The notes under the pieces were generated by a model, which had not been told where the DNA came from, did not search any database, and was given only the letters and a program-made list of their open reading frames with translations. A stretch of 59,039 nucleotides of DNA, filler included. It is 4 parts of 4 records of this genome, joined end to end, with 100 filler letters (N's around TTAATTAATTAA, not from the genome) between each part and the next. Parts side by side here need not be neighbours in the genome. Positions count along the whole stretch, not along the records: positions 52,351 to 59,039 come from SRR22947725_507; 3 more parts are not named here. One strand, written 5' to 3'. A program made the translations under genes and the position numbers. Positions 57,663-59,039 of the stretch are shown here, piece after piece. Every line of letters starts with the position of its first letter. Positions within the stretch are counted from its first letter, which is position 1.

Positions 57663-59039
57663 ATTTATAACTTACACCACTTAAAGATAATTGATTTTCA
57701 ATAATCTCAATTAGCTTCGATAAACCTTCTTGAGAAATTGATTCCGCCCTGCATGTAAGTTGGTTTTGAGTATTACTAGCTCTCATCAAAAACCAACCAT
57801 CCTCGTTCTCTACACGTACTCCATCAATATCAATAATTTTTTTATCTTCTTTTTGTAATCTTTCTTTTACTTCATCTATAATGATGAACTTTCTTGACTC
57901 ATCAACATCAAATCTTGTTTCTGGTGTCGAAAATGTTTTAGGATAGATACTAATTAAGTCACTAAGAGATTTGTTCTGACTAGATAAGATACGTAGCAAT
58001 CTTAAACCAACATACATAGCATCATCATATCCGTAAAAGTCATCTCCATAACAAACATGACCACTCATTTCACCTGAAAGAGGTGATTTTAATTCTTTCA
58101 TTTTCTCCTTAATAGGTGAGTGACCTGTTCTTGACATAACAGGATCGCAATTGATTTTTTTTGCTTCATCAAAAAACACTTTACTACACTTAACGTCCAT
58201 AATTATTTTTGGATTATCATACAAGTTGGCAATTTCAGTACATAGTAAGAGCATATATTGATCGGCCCAAACAATATTACCAAGATTATCAACAACACCT
58301 AATCTATCCCCATCGCCATCGAAGGCAAGGCCAATATCACAACTATTTTCTTTAACAGTTTCAATTAATTGAACCATGTTTTTTGGAACTGTTGGATCAG
58401 GATGATGATTGGGGAAATTACCATCAACTTCTTCATTAATAATTAAATTTTTAGAATTAATAAGTGACTCACTTATCACTCTTGTAACTTTACCCATTGC
58501 TCCATTCCCTGGATCCCAAGCAATTTTTAACTTTTTATTCAAAGAAATATTTAAAAGAACTCTCTCAATATACTCCTTAGTTATATCTTTATATATTAAC
58601 TGACCATTTGCTAATTCCAACTCATTATTATCTAATAATTTTTGAAGACTTTGGATGTCTTCAGCAAAAAAAGAATGTTTATTAAAAACCATTTTAAAGC
58701 CATTATATTCAGATGGATTGTGAGAGCCCGTAAGCATAACAGCTGCATCAGCCTCAAAATGATAGTGAGCAAAGTACGTCATAGGCGTTGGTCCCATACC
58801 AATATTTATTACTTTCACACCTGAGTCTTTTAAACCTTCACAAAGAGCTTTGTGTAGTGATGGAGAGGTCAATCTTCCATCGTAACCTGTTACAATTGTA
58901 TGAGAAGTTAATTTTGATTTAACCATATGACCAAATGTTCTGCCTATAGTGTAGGCAGTGTTCTCATTGATATTTTCTCCTACTACTCCTCTTATGTCGT
59001 ATTCACGGAGGACTTCTGGATCAAAATTTTCTATTTTAT
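57652..59039 (-). CDS. Phosphomannomutase/phosphoglucomutase (AlgC type); start lies beyond the window edge
   Basis: Frame extends upstream of 58926 as ...EVLREYDIRG; TGSHNP, FDGDGDR, GEMSGH and RASNTQ. Confidence 0.93.
   Translation of the reverse strand, partial: KIENFDPEVLREYDIRGVVGENINENTAYTIGRTFGHMVKSKLTSHTIVTGYDGRLTSPSLHKALCEGLKDSGVKVINIGMGPTPMTYFAHYHFEADAAVMLTGSHNPSEYNGFKMVFNKHSFFAEDIQSLQKLLDNNELELANGQLIYKDITKEYIERVLLNISLNKKLKIAWDPGNGAMGKVTRVISESLINSKNLIINEEVDGNFPNHHPDPTVPKNMVQLIETVKENSCDIGLAFDGDGDRLGVVDNLGNIVWADQYMLLLCTEIANLYDNPKIIMDVKCSKVFFDEAKKINCDPVMSRTGHSPIKEKMKELKSPLSGEMSGHVCYGDDFYGYDDAMYVGLRLLRILSSQNKSLSDLISIYPKTFSTPETRFDVDESRKFIIIDEVKERLQKEDKKIIDIDGVRVENEDGWFLMRASNTQNQLTCRAESISQEGLSKLIEIIENQLSLSGVSYKFTI

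Noticed and set aside
338-58824. Short ORF-track entries overlapping or antisense to long genes (e.g. 338-547, 7346-7618, 29301-29564, 40275-40553, 47601-47912)
   Set aside because: Shadow frames of well-supported genes with no recognisable motifs
1-59039. CRISPR arrays, IS elements, integrases, prophage or defence genes
   Set aside because: No regularly spaced direct repeats or matching protein motifs were seen; intergenic space is small and mostly accounted for

Overview
The window is four unrelated contigs joined by artificial 100-nt spacers (N44-TTAATTAATTAA-N44) at 24301-24400, 36259-36358 and 52251-52350. They probably come from different marine bacteria; the taxonomic guesses below are inferences. 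Contig 1 (1-24300, extremely AT-rich, SAR11/Pelagibacterales-like) is a surface-glycan/O-chain island. It holds nonulosonic-acid genes, a LuxC/LuxE/adenylation/FabZ/radical-SAM acyl-tailoring operon, a WbuXYZ-type amidotransferase trio, an EPS-associated MarR regulator, an ABC flippase and CDP-glucose deoxysugar genes, and ends in a tRNA-Val(GAC) with a non-canonical elbow. A 17-bp palindrome (YGTTCA-N5-TGAACR) sits in three promoter regions, including that of the MarR gene. Contig 2 (24401-36258, SAR86-like gammaproteobacterium) carries a Xanthomonas-type acetylated arginine operon with a possible leader ORF, a small secreted PAN-like protein and a partial TonB-dependent receptor. Contig 3 (36359-52250, possibly Marinimicrobia/FCB) is mostly housekeeping: ligA, carAB, gcvP, tRNA-Lys, tmRNA and a candidate sRNA. 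Contig 4 (52351-59039, alphaproteobacterial) has RidA, a DUF482 GNAT, clpA, clpS, a D,D-carboxypeptidase and a phosphomannomutase. No CRISPR array, transposase or integrase was seen. All product calls come from motif recognition, not database searches.
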